Shown: positions 49,200 to 60,057, numbered from the stretch's first letter. The stretch is 64,000 bases of DNA from an uncultured Parachlamydiaceae bacterium (GCA_963742415.1 CAVULX010000004.1:800001-864000), one strand, 5' to 3'. Notes: generated by a model from the letters alone, not told the origin. Numbers and translations: made by a program.

Positions 49200-50810
49200 A
49201 TGTTAAAACAACTGAGCATCAAAAACATTATTTTGATCGAAGAAGCAGTGATAGAATTCCACCCCGGTATGAATGTTTTGTCAGGTGAAACAGGCGCTGG
49301 CAAATCAGCCATCATAGGAGCCCTAAGTCTTATTGCCGGAGAGCGGAGCCAAATCGATATGATCCGTAAAGGGTACGATAAAGGGGTCGTCGAGGCTATT
49401 TTTGAGCTTGATCATCAAAGCGGCCTTACGGAGCTTCTGCAGAAAGCAGGAATCGAACAAGATGAAACTTGCGAACTCATCATCCGGCGTGAAATCTCCA
49501 TTGCTGGTAAAAATCGGATCTATATAAACCATCAATTGGCCCAATTAACCCTTCTGAAGCAGGCCGGTGAATTCCTATTTGAACTTGTAGGGCAGCATGC
49601 GAATCAACAGTTGTTTTCTATCGAAAACCATCGAAAAATCGTCGATGCCTTTGGCGACCTCACAGACGACGTAAATAATTTTTCCAAACAGTATAAAACC
49701 CTTGCCGCCCTAAAAGAGGAGCTTGAATTACTTCTTAATGGGGAAGGGCAGCGCCTCAGGGAAATTGAAAGATCCCGAATGGAGTTGGAACAATTTCAAG
49801 AAATCAATTTCCAAGAAGGAGAAGAGGAACAACTATTTTCCGAATACAAAATATTAGCCCACGCGGATGAATTAAACCAAAGAGTTAGCGAAATAAAATC
49901 AGCGTTGAATGGGGAAAAAGCGGGAGCCCTCCCCCTCCTCCAAAAAGTCAGGTTCAGCTGGGAAAATCTGATCAAGATCGACCCTGCCTTGACAGAAATG
50001 TCCACTTCTTTTCAGAATGCTCTAATTGAACTGCAAGAAATCTCTTATAGTCTAGACAGATATCAAGACCATATCGACTCCGATCCGGCAAGAATGTCGG
50101 AAATAGACCAACGCTTAGGTTCTATAAACAAGTTCAAAAGAAAATATGGGACAACTCTCACAGAAATCACAACCTATTTTAAGAATGTCGAACAAAAGTT
50201 GATTCAATTAGAAAGCGCGGACGAACGGATCGAACAACTTCGGGCATCTGTTGCAGAATTAGAAGAAAAAAATAAAGCTCTAGCAAATCAACTGACAACT
50301 CGCCGCAAAAAAATAGCCAAGTCTCTGGAGAAGGCCGTCACCAACCATTTGCATGACCTCAATATGCCCAAGGCAGAATTTTTTATTGAGATCTCCCCTC
50401 AAGCATGTTCCAGCACAGGAGAAGACAAAGTCGAATTTCACCTTCTTCCGAATGTAGGAGAAAAGCACATTCCCCTCAAAAGCTGTGCCAGTGGAGGGGA
50501 ATTGTCCCGCATCTTACTCGCCTTGAAGGTCTTGCTATCCAGCAAAGCGCTTATCCCGACTCTGGTGTTTGATGAAATTGATGCCAATATTGGAGGCGCC
50601 ACCGCCCATGTGATCGGGGAAAAATTAAAAGAAATCGGCCAGGAGCATCAGGTTTTATGCGTTACCCATTTTCCACAAGTCGCAAAGCACGCCGATCATC
50701 ATCTTCAAATTTCCAAAATGGAAACGCAAGGACGTACCTTGACAACCATTACAACCTTAAATGAAGAAACCAGAGATTTGGAATTAGCCCGTATGCAGGG
50801 GATTGTATAA
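49200..50810 (+). CDS. recN: DNA repair protein RecN
   Basis: SGETGAGKS, VGQH, ASGGELSR, FDEIDANIGG, VTHFPQVA. Confidence 0.95.
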   Translation: MLKQLSIKNIILIEEAVIEFHPGMNVLSGETGAGKSAIIGALSLIAGERSQIDMIRKGYDKGVVEAIFELDHQSGLTELLQKAGIEQDETCELIIRREISIAGKNRIYINHQLAQLTLLKQAGEFLFELVGQHANQQLFSIENHRKIVDAFGDLTDDVNNFSKQYKTLAALKEELELLLNGEGQRLREIERSRMELEQFQEINFQEGEEEQLFSEYKILAHADELNQRVSEIKSALNGEKAGALPLLQKVRFSWENLIKIDPALTEMSTSFQNALIELQEISYSLDRYQDHIDSDPARMSEIDQRLGSINKFKRKYGTTLTEITTYFKNVEQKLIQLESADERIEQLRASVAELEEKNKALANQLTTRRKKIAKSLEKAVTNHLHDLNMPKAEFFIEISPQACSSTGEDKVEFHLLPNVGEKHIPLKSCASGGELSRILLALKVLLSSKALIPTLVFDEIDANIGGATAHVIGEKLKEIGQEHQVLCVTHFPQVAKHADHHLQISKMETQGRTLTTITTLNEETRDLELARMQGIV

Positions 50811-50840
50811 AACTTGCCTCTACCTATGCACTTGCCCGAC

Positions 50841-50884
50841 TTTTCACCACAGAGACACTGAGATCACTGGCTCTGTAGTGAAAA
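50841..50884. repeat. CACAGAG-family palindromic repeat
   Basis: ttttcaccacagag...ctctgtagtgaaaa; related motifs at 38691, 56927 and 30971. Confidence 0.65.
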
Positions 50885-50980
50885 TTTGAAAAATTTATAT
50901 CCCTATTGACGACAATCTCCGGTTCCGCTAAAACTTTGTGAAGTATTAAACATTATTTTTTAACGCATGGAGAGGATACT

Positions 50981-51901
50981 GTGAAAAAACGGATTGCAAT
51001 AATGGCAGCAGGCTTACTATTGTCCTGCACTGCGCTGAAAGCTGATTACGATTTGGATGATGCTAGCTCGCTTAACATCGAAAATGCGACGTCACAACAA
51101 CAAAATCAATTTACTTTAAAAGGATCCGGAGACTACATATGCAAAGCTAAATTTAAGGAAGATACCCCAGGTCATATTATTTTCGCCCATGCTGAAGGTG
51201 AGTTTGACGCAGTCGTTTGGTATAATGAGCAATGCCAAGAGGGTGTCAAAGTTTCGTTAGCCTATGAATACTCCAGACTCGATTGGGATGACAATTTTTT
51301 CTTTGAGCGAAAAAATTATAATACAGCAGCGATCTCAGCAACATATTTCACACACCGCCTCACCCATTGGCGCTGGATCGCTTCTGCCGATATTAATCTA
51401 GACGCAGATAAGTGGGATTTCAATGACTACACAACCTATGATATGTTGCTATGGGGCCGTTATCAATATTGTTGCAATTGGGGTTTCCACTTTGGGATTT
51501 ATGCAGAAACAGGCATGAAGCTCGATCTCGTCTTGCCCGTCCTCGGATTCGATTGGCAAATCTGCGATGGACTCCTCCTTTCAGCAGTATTTCCCGTTAA
51601 CATGTCTCTTTTGTACACAATTGATGAGAACTGGTCAGTAGCGATAGCAGGGAGGGTTTTTAGCGACCGGCACCGTGCCGGGAAAGAGGGATTATATGAA
51701 AAAGCCCTCTGGCGTTATTCTAATGGAGGAATCGAGGGTGATATCAATTATAATATCTGTGATTGGTTAACAGCTAATGTTCACGCAGGTTATGCTTTTG
51801 GAGGCAAATTAAGAATTTCAAGCCGCCACAACCATCACGTCCATCATGAACGGTTCAAAGGCGCACCCTATGCCGGCGGAGCCATAGCCTTTAACTTCTA
51901 A
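50981..51901 (+). CDS. Outer membrane beta-barrel protein
   Basis: Signal peptide, amphipathic strands, C-terminal Phe, His-rich loop RHNHHVHHE. Confidence 0.72.
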   Translation: MKKRIAIMAAGLLLSCTALKADYDLDDASSLNIENATSQQQNQFTLKGSGDYICKAKFKEDTPGHIIFAHAEGEFDAVVWYNEQCQEGVKVSLAYEYSRLDWDDNFFFERKNYNTAAISATYFTHRLTHWRWIASADINLDADKWDFNDYTTYDMLLWGRYQYCCNWGFHFGIYAETGMKLDLVLPVLGFDWQICDGLLLSAVFPVNMSLLYTIDENWSVAIAGRVFSDRHRAGKEGLYEKALWRYSNGGIEGDINYNICDWLTANVHAGYAFGGKLRISSRHNHHVHHERFKGAPYAGGAIAFNF

Positions 51902-51905
51902 TCAC

Positions 51906-51945
51906 AAAAAAATGGAAGCCAAGCTTTAAAGAGCTTAGGCTTCCA
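51906..51945 (-). terminator. Intrinsic terminator between convergent genes
   Basis: Stem tggaagcc-aagct / agctt-a-ggcttcca preceded by an A7 run (U-tract on the minus strand). Confidence 0.65.
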
Positions 51946-51961
51946 CTATTCAATTTGCTGT

Positions 51962-52471
51962 TCAATAGCTAACGATTGGATCTATTACGACGTGAACACG
52001 TGACCCCTTAAATTTATTCAAAATAGAGGTGAGTGTACCCTTCTCATTTGCTGGCATTACTACACCACGGTGAAGAGTTATGTTAAAATCATTTGCTTTA
52101 GCTAGATCCAATTCGATTTTACCCCATTTAGCCCACCCAGCAACTTCCGGTATTGTAATTAAGGTAAGCATCACTTTGCCATGATTTAGTGTGGCAGGTA
52201 ATACCAGAGTCACCGGCTTTGTTTCCAAGAACCTTACAGTTGTTTGATTATTTTCGATCCCTTTGAATTCTTCTTTATCTGCGCCTGGCACTAGAGCTAT
52301 ACTAACATCGGAAAATGCATCATCATTGATAAAATTCAGTTGAACTTCAATTTTAGGCTGCTCTGCTCCAGTAGAATGAGCAGCCTCCTGTCTAGCCTCT
52401 TGACTATGCACAACAGTAAAGCACAGCACAGCAAAAGCAATTACAAAAAAAGACAAACATAATTTTAGCAT
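51962..52471 (-). CDS. Hypothetical exported protein
   Basis: Signal peptide; AGGAGG RBS. Confidence 0.65.
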   Translation of the reverse strand: MLKLCLSFFVIAFAVLCFTVVHSQEARQEAAHSTGAEQPKIEVQLNFINDDAFSDVSIALVPGADKEEFKGIENNQTTVRFLETKPVTLVLPATLNHGKVMLTLITIPEVAGWAKWGKIELDLAKANDFNITLHRGVVMPANEKGTLTSILNKFKGSRVHVVIDPIVSY

Positions 52472-52606
52472 ACAGCGCCTCCTTGTTACTTAATGCTAAC
52501 AAAAAAAATAATTGTGAATTATTAGAGTCCTCTTACAAAAATTATAACTAAAAAAATTAATTACCTGCAAATAACCTCTTTAAAATTTAGAGTAAAAAAA
52601 CGTAAG

Positions 52607-53512
52607 CTATTGATTCTGAATAAGGTATCTTTTAAGAGCCTCTTGAAGGAGAGGTGTTTCAAACTGGTAGCCCGATTGAGTGAGTTTGGCAGGGGCAACC
52701 CGTGCGCTGGCTAATACAACCTCATCGGCCATTTCACCAAACGCCAGCTTAGCCAAAAAAGCGGGCATAGAAACAAAGGTGGGACGATGCAATATTGCGC
52801 CCAAAACTTTGGTAAACTCTAAATTAGTCACCGGATTGGGCGACACCACGTTAAGAGGCCCGTGTAATTCTGAATGCTCCAAAATATAAGAAACAATTTT
52901 TTCCACCTCGTACAATGCCACCCAGCTCATATACTGTTTTCCTGAACCTATTTCTCCCCCCAAACCAAGCTTAAAAGGCAAAAGCATCTGTTTTAAGGCT
53001 CCTCCTTTGGATGAAAGAACCGCTCCAAACCGCAAGCAAACCACCCTGATCCCCATTTGTTCTGCTCGTAAGGCTTCTTTTTCCCATTCACAACATACGT
53101 TAGCAAGGAAATTGTCTCCAGCCGGGCTTTCTTCCGTCAGCCACTCGTCTCCCCTATCTCCATAATAACCTATGGCCGACGCATTCAAAAAAACTTTGGG
53201 GGGACGGCTCATCTTACCCATCGCTTCAACAAGCAGACGAGTAATTTGTATTCGGCTTTGAAGGATCTTTTGTTTAACCTTCATGTTCCACCGATGAGCA
53301 AAAATATTTTCTCCACTTAAATTAATCACAGCATCGGCTCCGGTTAACACCGCAGGATCAAGCTGCCCTTGAAAGGGATCCCAAAAGGCGCACTCTTCCC
53401 CTGCAAAGGGGAGCCTTCGCACAAGTTTTTTTACATTCCAAAGACGATCTTTGAAATTGGCCTCTAAGGCTTGTCCAATGAGCCCTGATCCGCCGGACAA
53501 AACGATTTGCAT
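52607..53512 (-). CDS. TIGR01777/YfcH-like NAD-dependent epimerase
   Basis: SGGSGLIG, NLSGE, SAIGYYG, GSGKQYMSW, LHRP. Confidence 0.9.
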   Translation of the reverse strand: MQIVLSGGSGLIGQALEANFKDRLWNVKKLVRRLPFAGEECAFWDPFQGQLDPAVLTGADAVINLSGENIFAHRWNMKVKQKILQSRIQITRLLVEAMGKMSRPPKVFLNASAIGYYGDRGDEWLTEESPAGDNFLANVCCEWEKEALRAEQMGIRVVCLRFGAVLSSKGGALKQMLLPFKLGLGGEIGSGKQYMSWVALYEVEKIVSYILEHSELHGPLNVVSPNPVTNLEFTKVLGAILHRPTFVSMPAFLAKLAFGEMADEVVLASARVAPAKLTQSGYQFETPLLQEALKRYLIQNQ

Positions 53513-53631
53513 GCTACTCCATCAAAATTAAATATGATGCTTTGCGAAATATCAAATAAAGGGTTAAGATATAACCATTGTTAGTGCTACGTTAACATTA
53601 AAACAAATAATTATTTTAAAACAGGGAAACA

Positions 53632-53931
53632 ATGCCTTCTCTCGATAAAAAAACCATTGCAAACTTGACGCAACTTAGCCGGATCGAATGCTCAGCGGAA
53701 GAGCAGGAAAAATTATTAAAAGATTTCCAAAGCATTTTGGCTTATATCGAACTCCTCCAAGAAGTGGATACCTCCCAAACTCATCCATGTGATCACCTCT
53801 TGGAAGGAATTGTCAATGTCATGCGCGAGGATAATATTGGAACCATCCTCCCTCGGGATGTTTTTTTATCCAATGTTCCTCAACATTCAGGAGGCTATGT
53901 AAAAATTCCCCCAGTCTTAAAACAAGCATAA
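53632..53931 (+). CDS. gatC: Asp/Glu-tRNA amidotransferase subunit C
   Basis: LSRIE...ILAYIELLQEVDT...MRED...VKIPPVL; upstream of gatA. Confidence 0.92.
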   Translation: MPSLDKKTIANLTQLSRIECSAEEQEKLLKDFQSILAYIELLQEVDTSQTHPCDHLLEGIVNVMREDNIGTILPRDVFLSNVPQHSGGYVKIPPVLKQA

Positions 53932-53953
53932 TTTACAACTTCACAGGATTCAA

Positions 53954-55408
53954 ATGCATAAACTAACAGCTCTGGAGCTTCGAAATAAATTCCATCGAGG
54001 GGAAGTCTCAGCAGTTACCATCGCGAAGTATTTTCTTGATCGAATCGACAAGCTGGATCCCCAAATTGGCGCCTTTTTGCATGTTTTACATAACCGCGCC
54101 TTGCAAAAAGCAGAAGCGCTGGATGAGAAAAAAAAACGGGGTGAATCCCTCGGCAAATTAGCCGGCATCCCCGTGGCCATTAAAGACAATATCCACATCA
54201 AGGGGGAAATCTCCACTTGCGGATCAAAATTTCTTACCAATTTCAGAGCCCCTTTCGAAGCGACCGTCGTTCACTGGCTTGAAAAGGAAGATGCCCTTAT
54301 TTTCGGTAAAACAAACATGGATGAGTTTGCCATGGGATCCTCTACGGAAAATTCAGCTTTCAAAAAAACACGCAATCCGTGGAATTTAAAATGTACACCT
54401 GGAGGCTCTTCAGGAGGATCCGCTGCTGCGGTTGCGGCCCGTCTTTGCCTTTTGGCTTTAGGCAGTGATACAGGAGGGTCGATCCGCCACCCCGCAGCAT
54501 TTTGCGGCATTTCTGGCTTTAAACCCACTTATGGAAGAGTTTCCCGTTTTGGCTTAGTGGCTTATGGCTCTTCCCTGGATCAAATTGGACCCTTTGCCAC
54601 CAACACAGCCGATGCGGCTCTTGCGATGGAGGTCATCGGACGCCATTGTGAGAAAGATTCCACGAGTTTGAACGAGCCCGCTGAAGATTATTTAATCCAT
54701 CTACAACAGCCTATGAAAGACTTAAAAATCGGGGTGCCTTGGCAGTTTTTAGAGCAGCTAGCTCCTCAATCGAAACAGATTTTTAATGAAGCTTTAGAAG
54801 TTTATAAAAAGCAAGGAGCGGAAATCCTCGATGTCGACTTAAGCATTTTGAAATATTCCATTGCTGTCTATTACATCCTTGCTACCGCCGAAGCTTCGAC
54901 CAATTTAGCTCGTTTTGATGGGATCCGTTACGGAGTTCGTTCACCGCGCGCAAAAACTTTGGATGAGGTCTATGACATGTCTAAGGAGGAGGGATTTGGC
55001 CCGGAAGTAAAACGGAGGATCCTTTTAGGCACTTATGTGCTTTCCGCAGGATATCAAGATGCCTACTATAAAAAGGCCCAAAAAGTCCGCACACTAATCA
55101 TCCAAGCCTTTAAAAACTCTTTTCAAAAATGCCATCTTGTCGCGATGCCGGTGGCTCCTTTTCCAGCATTTGAAATAGGCGCCATCCAAGATCCTCTGCA
55201 AATGTATCTCATGGATATTTATACCATCGCCGCCAACTTAGCAGGATTGCCAGCAATAAGCATCCCTTGCGGCTTTTTTTCTGATGGCAAACCGATGGGA
55301 TTGCAACTGATTGGCCCCCAGAAGCACGACAGGCACGTTATCCATGCGGCGCATGCTTTCGAACAGGCAACGCACTATCACCAAGCCCTCCCGGAACTCG
55401 CGAAATAG
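53954..55408 (+). CDS. gatA: Asp/Glu-tRNA amidotransferase subunit A
   Basis: Amidase signature GGSSGGSAAAV, GSDTGGSIR, EVKRRILLGTY. Confidence 0.97.
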   Translation: MHKLTALELRNKFHRGEVSAVTIAKYFLDRIDKLDPQIGAFLHVLHNRALQKAEALDEKKKRGESLGKLAGIPVAIKDNIHIKGEISTCGSKFLTNFRAPFEATVVHWLEKEDALIFGKTNMDEFAMGSSTENSAFKKTRNPWNLKCTPGGSSGGSAAAVAARLCLLALGSDTGGSIRHPAAFCGISGFKPTYGRVSRFGLVAYGSSLDQIGPFATNTADAALAMEVIGRHCEKDSTSLNEPAEDYLIHLQQPMKDLKIGVPWQFLEQLAPQSKQIFNEALEVYKKQGAEILDVDLSILKYSIAVYYILATAEASTNLARFDGIRYGVRSPRAKTLDEVYDMSKEEGFGPEVKRRILLGTYVLSAGYQDAYYKKAQKVRTLIIQAFKNSFQKCHLVAMPVAPFPAFEIGAIQDPLQMYLMDIYTIAANLAGLPAISIPCGFFSDGKPMGLQLIGPQKHDRHVIHAAHAFEQATHYHQALPELAK

Positions 55409-55417
55409 GAGAAACGT

Positions 55418-56881
55418 ATGACACAACATCCAGCCTGGGAAACCATTATTGGTTTAGAAATTCATGCGGAGCTCAACACCAAATCGAAACTATTTAGTGC
55501 AGCCCCCAACCATTTTGGCGATGAACCAAATACAAATATTACAGAAGTATGCACAGGGAAGCCTGGCGCCCTCCCCGTGCTCAATAAGGAAGCGGTAAAA
55601 AAGGCTGTGCAACTCGGTTGCGCCTTGAATGCAAAAATTGCCAAATTCAGCAAGTTTGACAGGAAGTCATATTTTTATCCTGACAGCCCCCGCAATTTTC
55701 AGATCACCCAGTATGATCAACCGATTGTTATTGGAGGATCTGTCATTGCCGAGGTTGATGGGATCGAAAAAACATTTCACATCAACCGGATCCATCTAGA
55801 AGATGATGCGGGAATGTTGAAACACTATCCCCAATTTGCCGCTGTCGACTATAACCGTGCAGGAGTTCCCCTCGTTGAGATTGTATCAGAGCCCTGCATC
55901 CACAGTCCAAGGGAAGCTGTCTCGTATGCAATGGCTGTCAAAGCCATCCTTCAGTATATCGATGCAAGCGACTGCAACATGGAAGAAGGATCACTGCGAG
56001 TCGATGCCAATATCTCCGTCCGGTTGGCCGGAGAAAAAGGACTTCGCAATAAGATTGAAATCAAGAACATGAATTCTTTCAGCAACATGGAGATGGCGCT
56101 AGAAGCGGAAATCAAACGACAAATCCGAGAATATACGAGACATTCGGACAAACCTCCCCATGAAGTCGTTTCCCAAGCTACCTACCGCTGGGATCCAGAA
56201 AAGAAAGAAACCGTGCTTATGAGACGGAAAGAATATGCGGATGATTACCGCTATTTTCCAGAACCTGATCTCGTTCCCATTGTTCTTACAGATGCTTACA
56301 TTGAAGAAATTAAGGCTCACCTCCCTGAATTGCCTTTAGAGCGGGAACGCCGTTATATCAAAGAATTAGGACTCCCCTCCGACAGCGCCTTTTTCATAGT
56401 CAGCGACAAATCCCTCGCCGATTATTTTGAAAAGGGGTTAGAGCAATGTTCAAATGCCCGTAGCTTGTGTAATTGGATTATTGTCGAATTTGCAGGGCGC
56501 TATAAGGATACAGGAGAGAGTCTGGTAACTTCAGGGATTTCTCCTGAAAATGTAGGCAAATTAGTTAATCTCATCGATAGTGGAAAAATCACGGGCAAAA
56601 TTGCCAAAGCCGTAGCCGATGAAATGGTGGCAAGTCCTAGTAAAGATTGTGAGCAGATTGTCGCTGAAAATCCCGATTTTCAGCCTGTGCATGACAAAGA
56701 GGAAATCGAGAAGCTAGTCGACCAAGTTTTAAGTGCTAACCCCCAGTCGATCATCGACTATAAAGCGGGGCGTGACAAGGCTTTTGCTTTCCTTGTAGGA
56801 CAAGTGATGAAAATGTCACGAGGAAAAGCTTCTCCACAATTAGTGAATGATTTATTAAAGGAAAAAATAAAAAACAATTAA
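55418..56881 (+). CDS. gatB: Asp/Glu-tRNA amidotransferase subunit B
   Basis: IGLEIHAEL, FDRKSYFYPD, DYRYFPEPDL, GQVMK. Confidence 0.97.
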   Translation: MTQHPAWETIIGLEIHAELNTKSKLFSAAPNHFGDEPNTNITEVCTGKPGALPVLNKEAVKKAVQLGCALNAKIAKFSKFDRKSYFYPDSPRNFQITQYDQPIVIGGSVIAEVDGIEKTFHINRIHLEDDAGMLKHYPQFAAVDYNRAGVPLVEIVSEPCIHSPREAVSYAMAVKAILQYIDASDCNMEEGSLRVDANISVRLAGEKGLRNKIEIKNMNSFSNMEMALEAEIKRQIREYTRHSDKPPHEVVSQATYRWDPEKKETVLMRRKEYADDYRYFPEPDLVPIVLTDAYIEEIKAHLPELPLERERRYIKELGLPSDSAFFIVSDKSLADYFEKGLEQCSNARSLCNWIIVEFAGRYKDTGESLVTSGISPENVGKLVNLIDSGKITGKIAKAVADEMVASPSKDCEQIVAENPDFQPVHDKEEIEKLVDQVLSANPQSIIDYKAGRDKAFAFLVGQVMKMSRGKASPQLVNDLLKEKIKNN

Positions 56882-56926
56882 AATAAATAATAAATAACGT
56901 AAGTTGCAAATAATTAAATTTATTGT

Positions 56927-56986
56927 CTCTCTGTGAACTCTGTGGTTGAATTTTAATAAACCACAGAGATAACAGAGAACACAGAG
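56927..56986. repeat. CACAGAG-family palindromic repeat
   Basis: ctctctgtgaactctgtggtt...aaccacagagataacagagaacacagag. Confidence 0.65.
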
Positions 56987-57074
56987 GTTTTTTAAACTTG
57001 ATTACACTCAGTAATTTTCAACTTATATTAAATAGGGTGTAAATAAATAATATATACCACGACATGGCGATTTT

Positions 57075-57563
57075 ATGAACGGTACCCCTCCTGGCTCCCC
57101 TACTTTGGGTGAATTTATTTCCACATCTTTTAATGTCTTTTCCGCAAGTGTAAATTTATTGCAAGCAGCTAAAAAAACGGCTTTGGAAGCTAAAGCTTTT
57201 ATCAAAATCCAATACGATTACGTTAAAGCCAATGATGAAAAACTGCATCGGATCTGGCTGGCCGCAGTTTCCCTTCTTTTGCTCTATCTAGGTGGCTTTT
57301 GGGGGGTTATAAGTTTCTCGGTATCCACAGCGGGAGCCGTTTTTTTAAAAGACCATATCCGTATTACCATTCCGAAAATTCAATTAATGTGGCAAGAGTC
57401 CAAGCTTTCACGCGCGGCGGTTTTTACTGGCTGTTTTCTGTTTGCTTTTCGCTATCCATGGGTTACAGCTTGCACCCTCTTTGGAATCTATGTTGCTGAT
57501 ATGATTGTTCAACCTCAAAGAAGCTTGCAAGAAAGGGATCATGCTCATCCTGATTCCACTTGA
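57075..57563 (+). CDS. Hypothetical membrane protein (Inc-like candidate)
   Basis: Ser/Pro/Thr-rich N-terminus; two bilobed hydrophobic blocks. Confidence 0.6.
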   Translation: MNGTPPGSPTLGEFISTSFNVFSASVNLLQAAKKTALEAKAFIKIQYDYVKANDEKLHRIWLAAVSLLLLYLGGFWGVISFSVSTAGAVFLKDHIRITIPKIQLMWQESKLSRAAVFTGCFLFAFRYPWVTACTLFGIYVADMIVQPQRSLQERDHAHPDST

Positions 57564-58057
57564 CGAAGCAAAGATTCCCGAGCCATTTGAGCTTGCTGTT
57601 TCAATTCGGCATATTCGTCTTTATCTTGTGCGTATTCCAGAGCTAAATCCAGTGCATGAAGCGCATTTTCCCTTTCATGAATAGCATATAAACATTTTGC
57701 AAGATAAAAATAAGAAACGGGATTATCTAATTCGCAAATGGCTGCCATTTCATAGGCATCGATGGCTATTTCAAAGTTTTTGCACAATTGAGTTGCCATA
57801 CCTAAGCCCAACCAAAAATCATGGTTGAAAGGATTCAAAGTCGTAAGAAATAAAAAAGCATTGGCCGCATCCGCAAAGCGTTTATCCTCAAAGAGATGAT
57901 AAGCAGCCCTATAAAATCTAGCCATGGTCTCATTGGAAAAACCTAGAATTTCTTGTGCAGTTTTGCCTTCAGATAGATCTTTCTTTAAAGCTTTTTTTCG
58001 CCTTAATTTATTTTGGAATTCTTTAAACCCTTTAAATTCATCGAGCTTATTTTTCAT
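57545..58057 (-). CDS. SycD/LcrH-family type III secretion chaperone (TPR)
   Basis: QEILGFS......Y..A..LF....F..A...F.FL..LNP....FWLGLG......F..A...Y.......NP...FY.A.C. Confidence 0.85.
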   Translation of the reverse strand: MKNKLDEFKGFKEFQNKLRRKKALKKDLSEGKTAQEILGFSNETMARFYRAAYHLFEDKRFADAANAFLFLTTLNPFNHDFWLGLGMATQLCKNFEIAIDAYEMAAICELDNPVSYFYLAKCLYAIHERENALHALDLALEYAQDKDEYAELKQQAQMARESLLRQVESG

Positions 58058-58242
58058 ATTTTACCTTTTAATAAGGTATATACTTTTATTTTATAATAAT
58101 TTCTAATTAATGTAATTAACAAGCAACTAACTGAGGCTTCAAATCTGGCTGATAAGATCAAATGATGATAGCTTTTCGGAGTGCGACTGCTTGCAACCAC
58201 AGGGATTGCAAGCAATCGTTTTTTAGCATGAGGTTATTACTT

Positions 58243-60057
58243 TTACATCGTTTTCTCAAGGTTAGCATAGGACGGTGGTGTTGTAACCGGTGGATTAGAA
58301 AGATCCACAACCGGATTAAATACAGTTGGGTTAGTAGGAGAAGAATAATTGTTTGTAAAGTTAAGACCATTACCCACGGCCATGTTCCGAACAAACACAT
58401 TTCGTCCGGTTGGCAAATAACAAGCTCCCCCTGAGAAGAGAAAACCTGCACTATAGGCACCAATAAAACCGTTTCTTCCGGTTCCATTTGCAATAGCTTG
58501 ACAATCTTCAACTACAGTATCGGTGCCAAAGAGAATTGCAATACCTGCATTCACACAATTTTCGGCAATGCAATTTACTAATTTTAACCTTGAAGCGAAT
58601 GTAATAAATCCGATTCCCTGTTGAAAGATGGGTGGTGTGGGTTGTTGAATGATATTCCTTCCTGTGCAATCTTGTAAGATAACATCCGTTGCAAGGAACA
58701 CAACAAAAGCGAATGCTTGTTGTGTATCAAAATGGAGCACGGGTGTCGGACCATTATTGTCTGAGCCATCACAACGTCTGAAATCGCAATAGGTTCCATA
58801 AGCAAAATCAAATCCATTATCTGTCCAATATTTGGTGATGCAATCCCAAACGGTGACGCGGTTGGTTCCTTCAAAATTGAAAGGAATTTGAGAGCCAAAT
58901 CCAACACAATTTTTAACCACAATATTGTTTGAGAAGATAGCGGAAACCACAGCGGAAGTTTCAGCCCAATCTGCGGCTGTCTCGATCACACTTGATGCCA
59001 TCACACAGCCTTCAATTTCCGCATCGTTAACATTGACTAGGTACACTCCAAATTGTCCCACAGATGTATATGCCGCACAATTTTTCACGCGGATGTTATT
59101 AGACGAATTTTCTTGAAATGTTGAGAAGGCAGCGAATCCACCACGGTGAGTGCCTTCAACTCCTCCCACCTTGTCCAATGGATATTGGTTTCCACATTCA
59201 AAACCTACACAATTATTCACCAATACATCTTGAATAGGTTGAGGGGCTCCGATACCAATAAAGACTTGATTAAAAATCACGTTTTTTATGATGACCCCTT
59301 GAGTACCAGATTGTAGCCCAATCCCAACACCTGAAAACGGATTATTGGTTCCAAATGGATTTTGATATTGAGTAGTCAAAATAGCTTGTGCTTGTGTCAC
59401 AGCTTCATCCATATTTTGCGGAGGATTTGCAGGGCAGTGTATTGTATTACCACCCAGGCAAAAATCATAATTGCCACCTGCTGGACAAAATGGCGTTGTG
59501 CAGGGATTTTGACAGCAAGTTATACCTGAAATGGCGGGTTGACATAATAACCCGCTAAAAGCCAATCCCCCGGTAGGTACCGTGGGTTGTATGTGAGAAG
59601 GAGCACCGCTGTTTTTAATGGTCATATCAGCAATGACAACATTGGTCGCATTTTGAAGTAAAATACCCGTTCCTGCTTGGCCTCCCAAATCAAGACGATA
59701 ACCTTGTCCATCGATAATGACTCCTGAAGCTGCAACAGTGATGGCTGCACCAGATCCAGTATAATTTAAATCTTTACAGAATTTATAATTGCCCGGGCTC
59801 GAGATGACGTAAGGAACCTTATTAATACAAGTTGCATTTGGTGCATCCATCGTTGGATCTGGATCAATTTCAGCAACTCTTTCAGCAACTCTCGCCCTTT
59901 TTTTGACTTCTTTCTTGACAGAATGCAGACTATCTTTCAAACCCAAAATCTTCTTTTCTGCAATAGCCTGGCGCATATACGAAGAAAATTTTTCATCTCC
60001 ATGCACCTTCATGAAGCATAAAAGAAAAAAAGAGACCACCAGTAACTTTTTTAACAT
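58243..60057 (-). CDS. Exported right-handed beta-helix protein with Cys/Pro-rich insert
   Basis: Signal peptide from MLKK (GGAGG RBS); PYVISSPGNY, IDGQGY; repeated V/I-x-(N/D)-C strands. Confidence 0.75.
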   Translation of the reverse strand: MLKKLLVVSFFLLCFMKVHGDEKFSSYMRQAIAEKKILGLKDSLHSVKKEVKKRARVAERVAEIDPDPTMDAPNATCINKVPYVISSPGNYKFCKDLNYTGSGAAITVAASGVIIDGQGYRLDLGGQAGTGILLQNATNVVIADMTIKNSGAPSHIQPTVPTGGLAFSGLLCQPAISGITCCQNPCTTPFCPAGGNYDFCLGGNTIHCPANPPQNMDEAVTQAQAILTTQYQNPFGTNNPFSGVGIGLQSGTQGVIIKNVIFNQVFIGIGAPQPIQDVLVNNCVGFECGNQYPLDKVGGVEGTHRGGFAAFSTFQENSSNNIRVKNCAAYTSVGQFGVYLVNVNDAEIEGCVMASSVIETAADWAETSAVVSAIFSNNIVVKNCVGFGSQIPFNFEGTNRVTVWDCITKYWTDNGFDFAYGTYCDFRRCDGSDNNGPTPVLHFDTQQAFAFVVFLATDVILQDCTGRNIIQQPTPPIFQQGIGFITFASRLKLVNCIAENCVNAGIAILFGTDTVVEDCQAIANGTGRNGFIGAYSAGFLFSGGACYLPTGRNVFVRNMAVGNGLNFTNNYSSPTNPTVFNPVVDLSNPPVTTPPSYANLEKTM

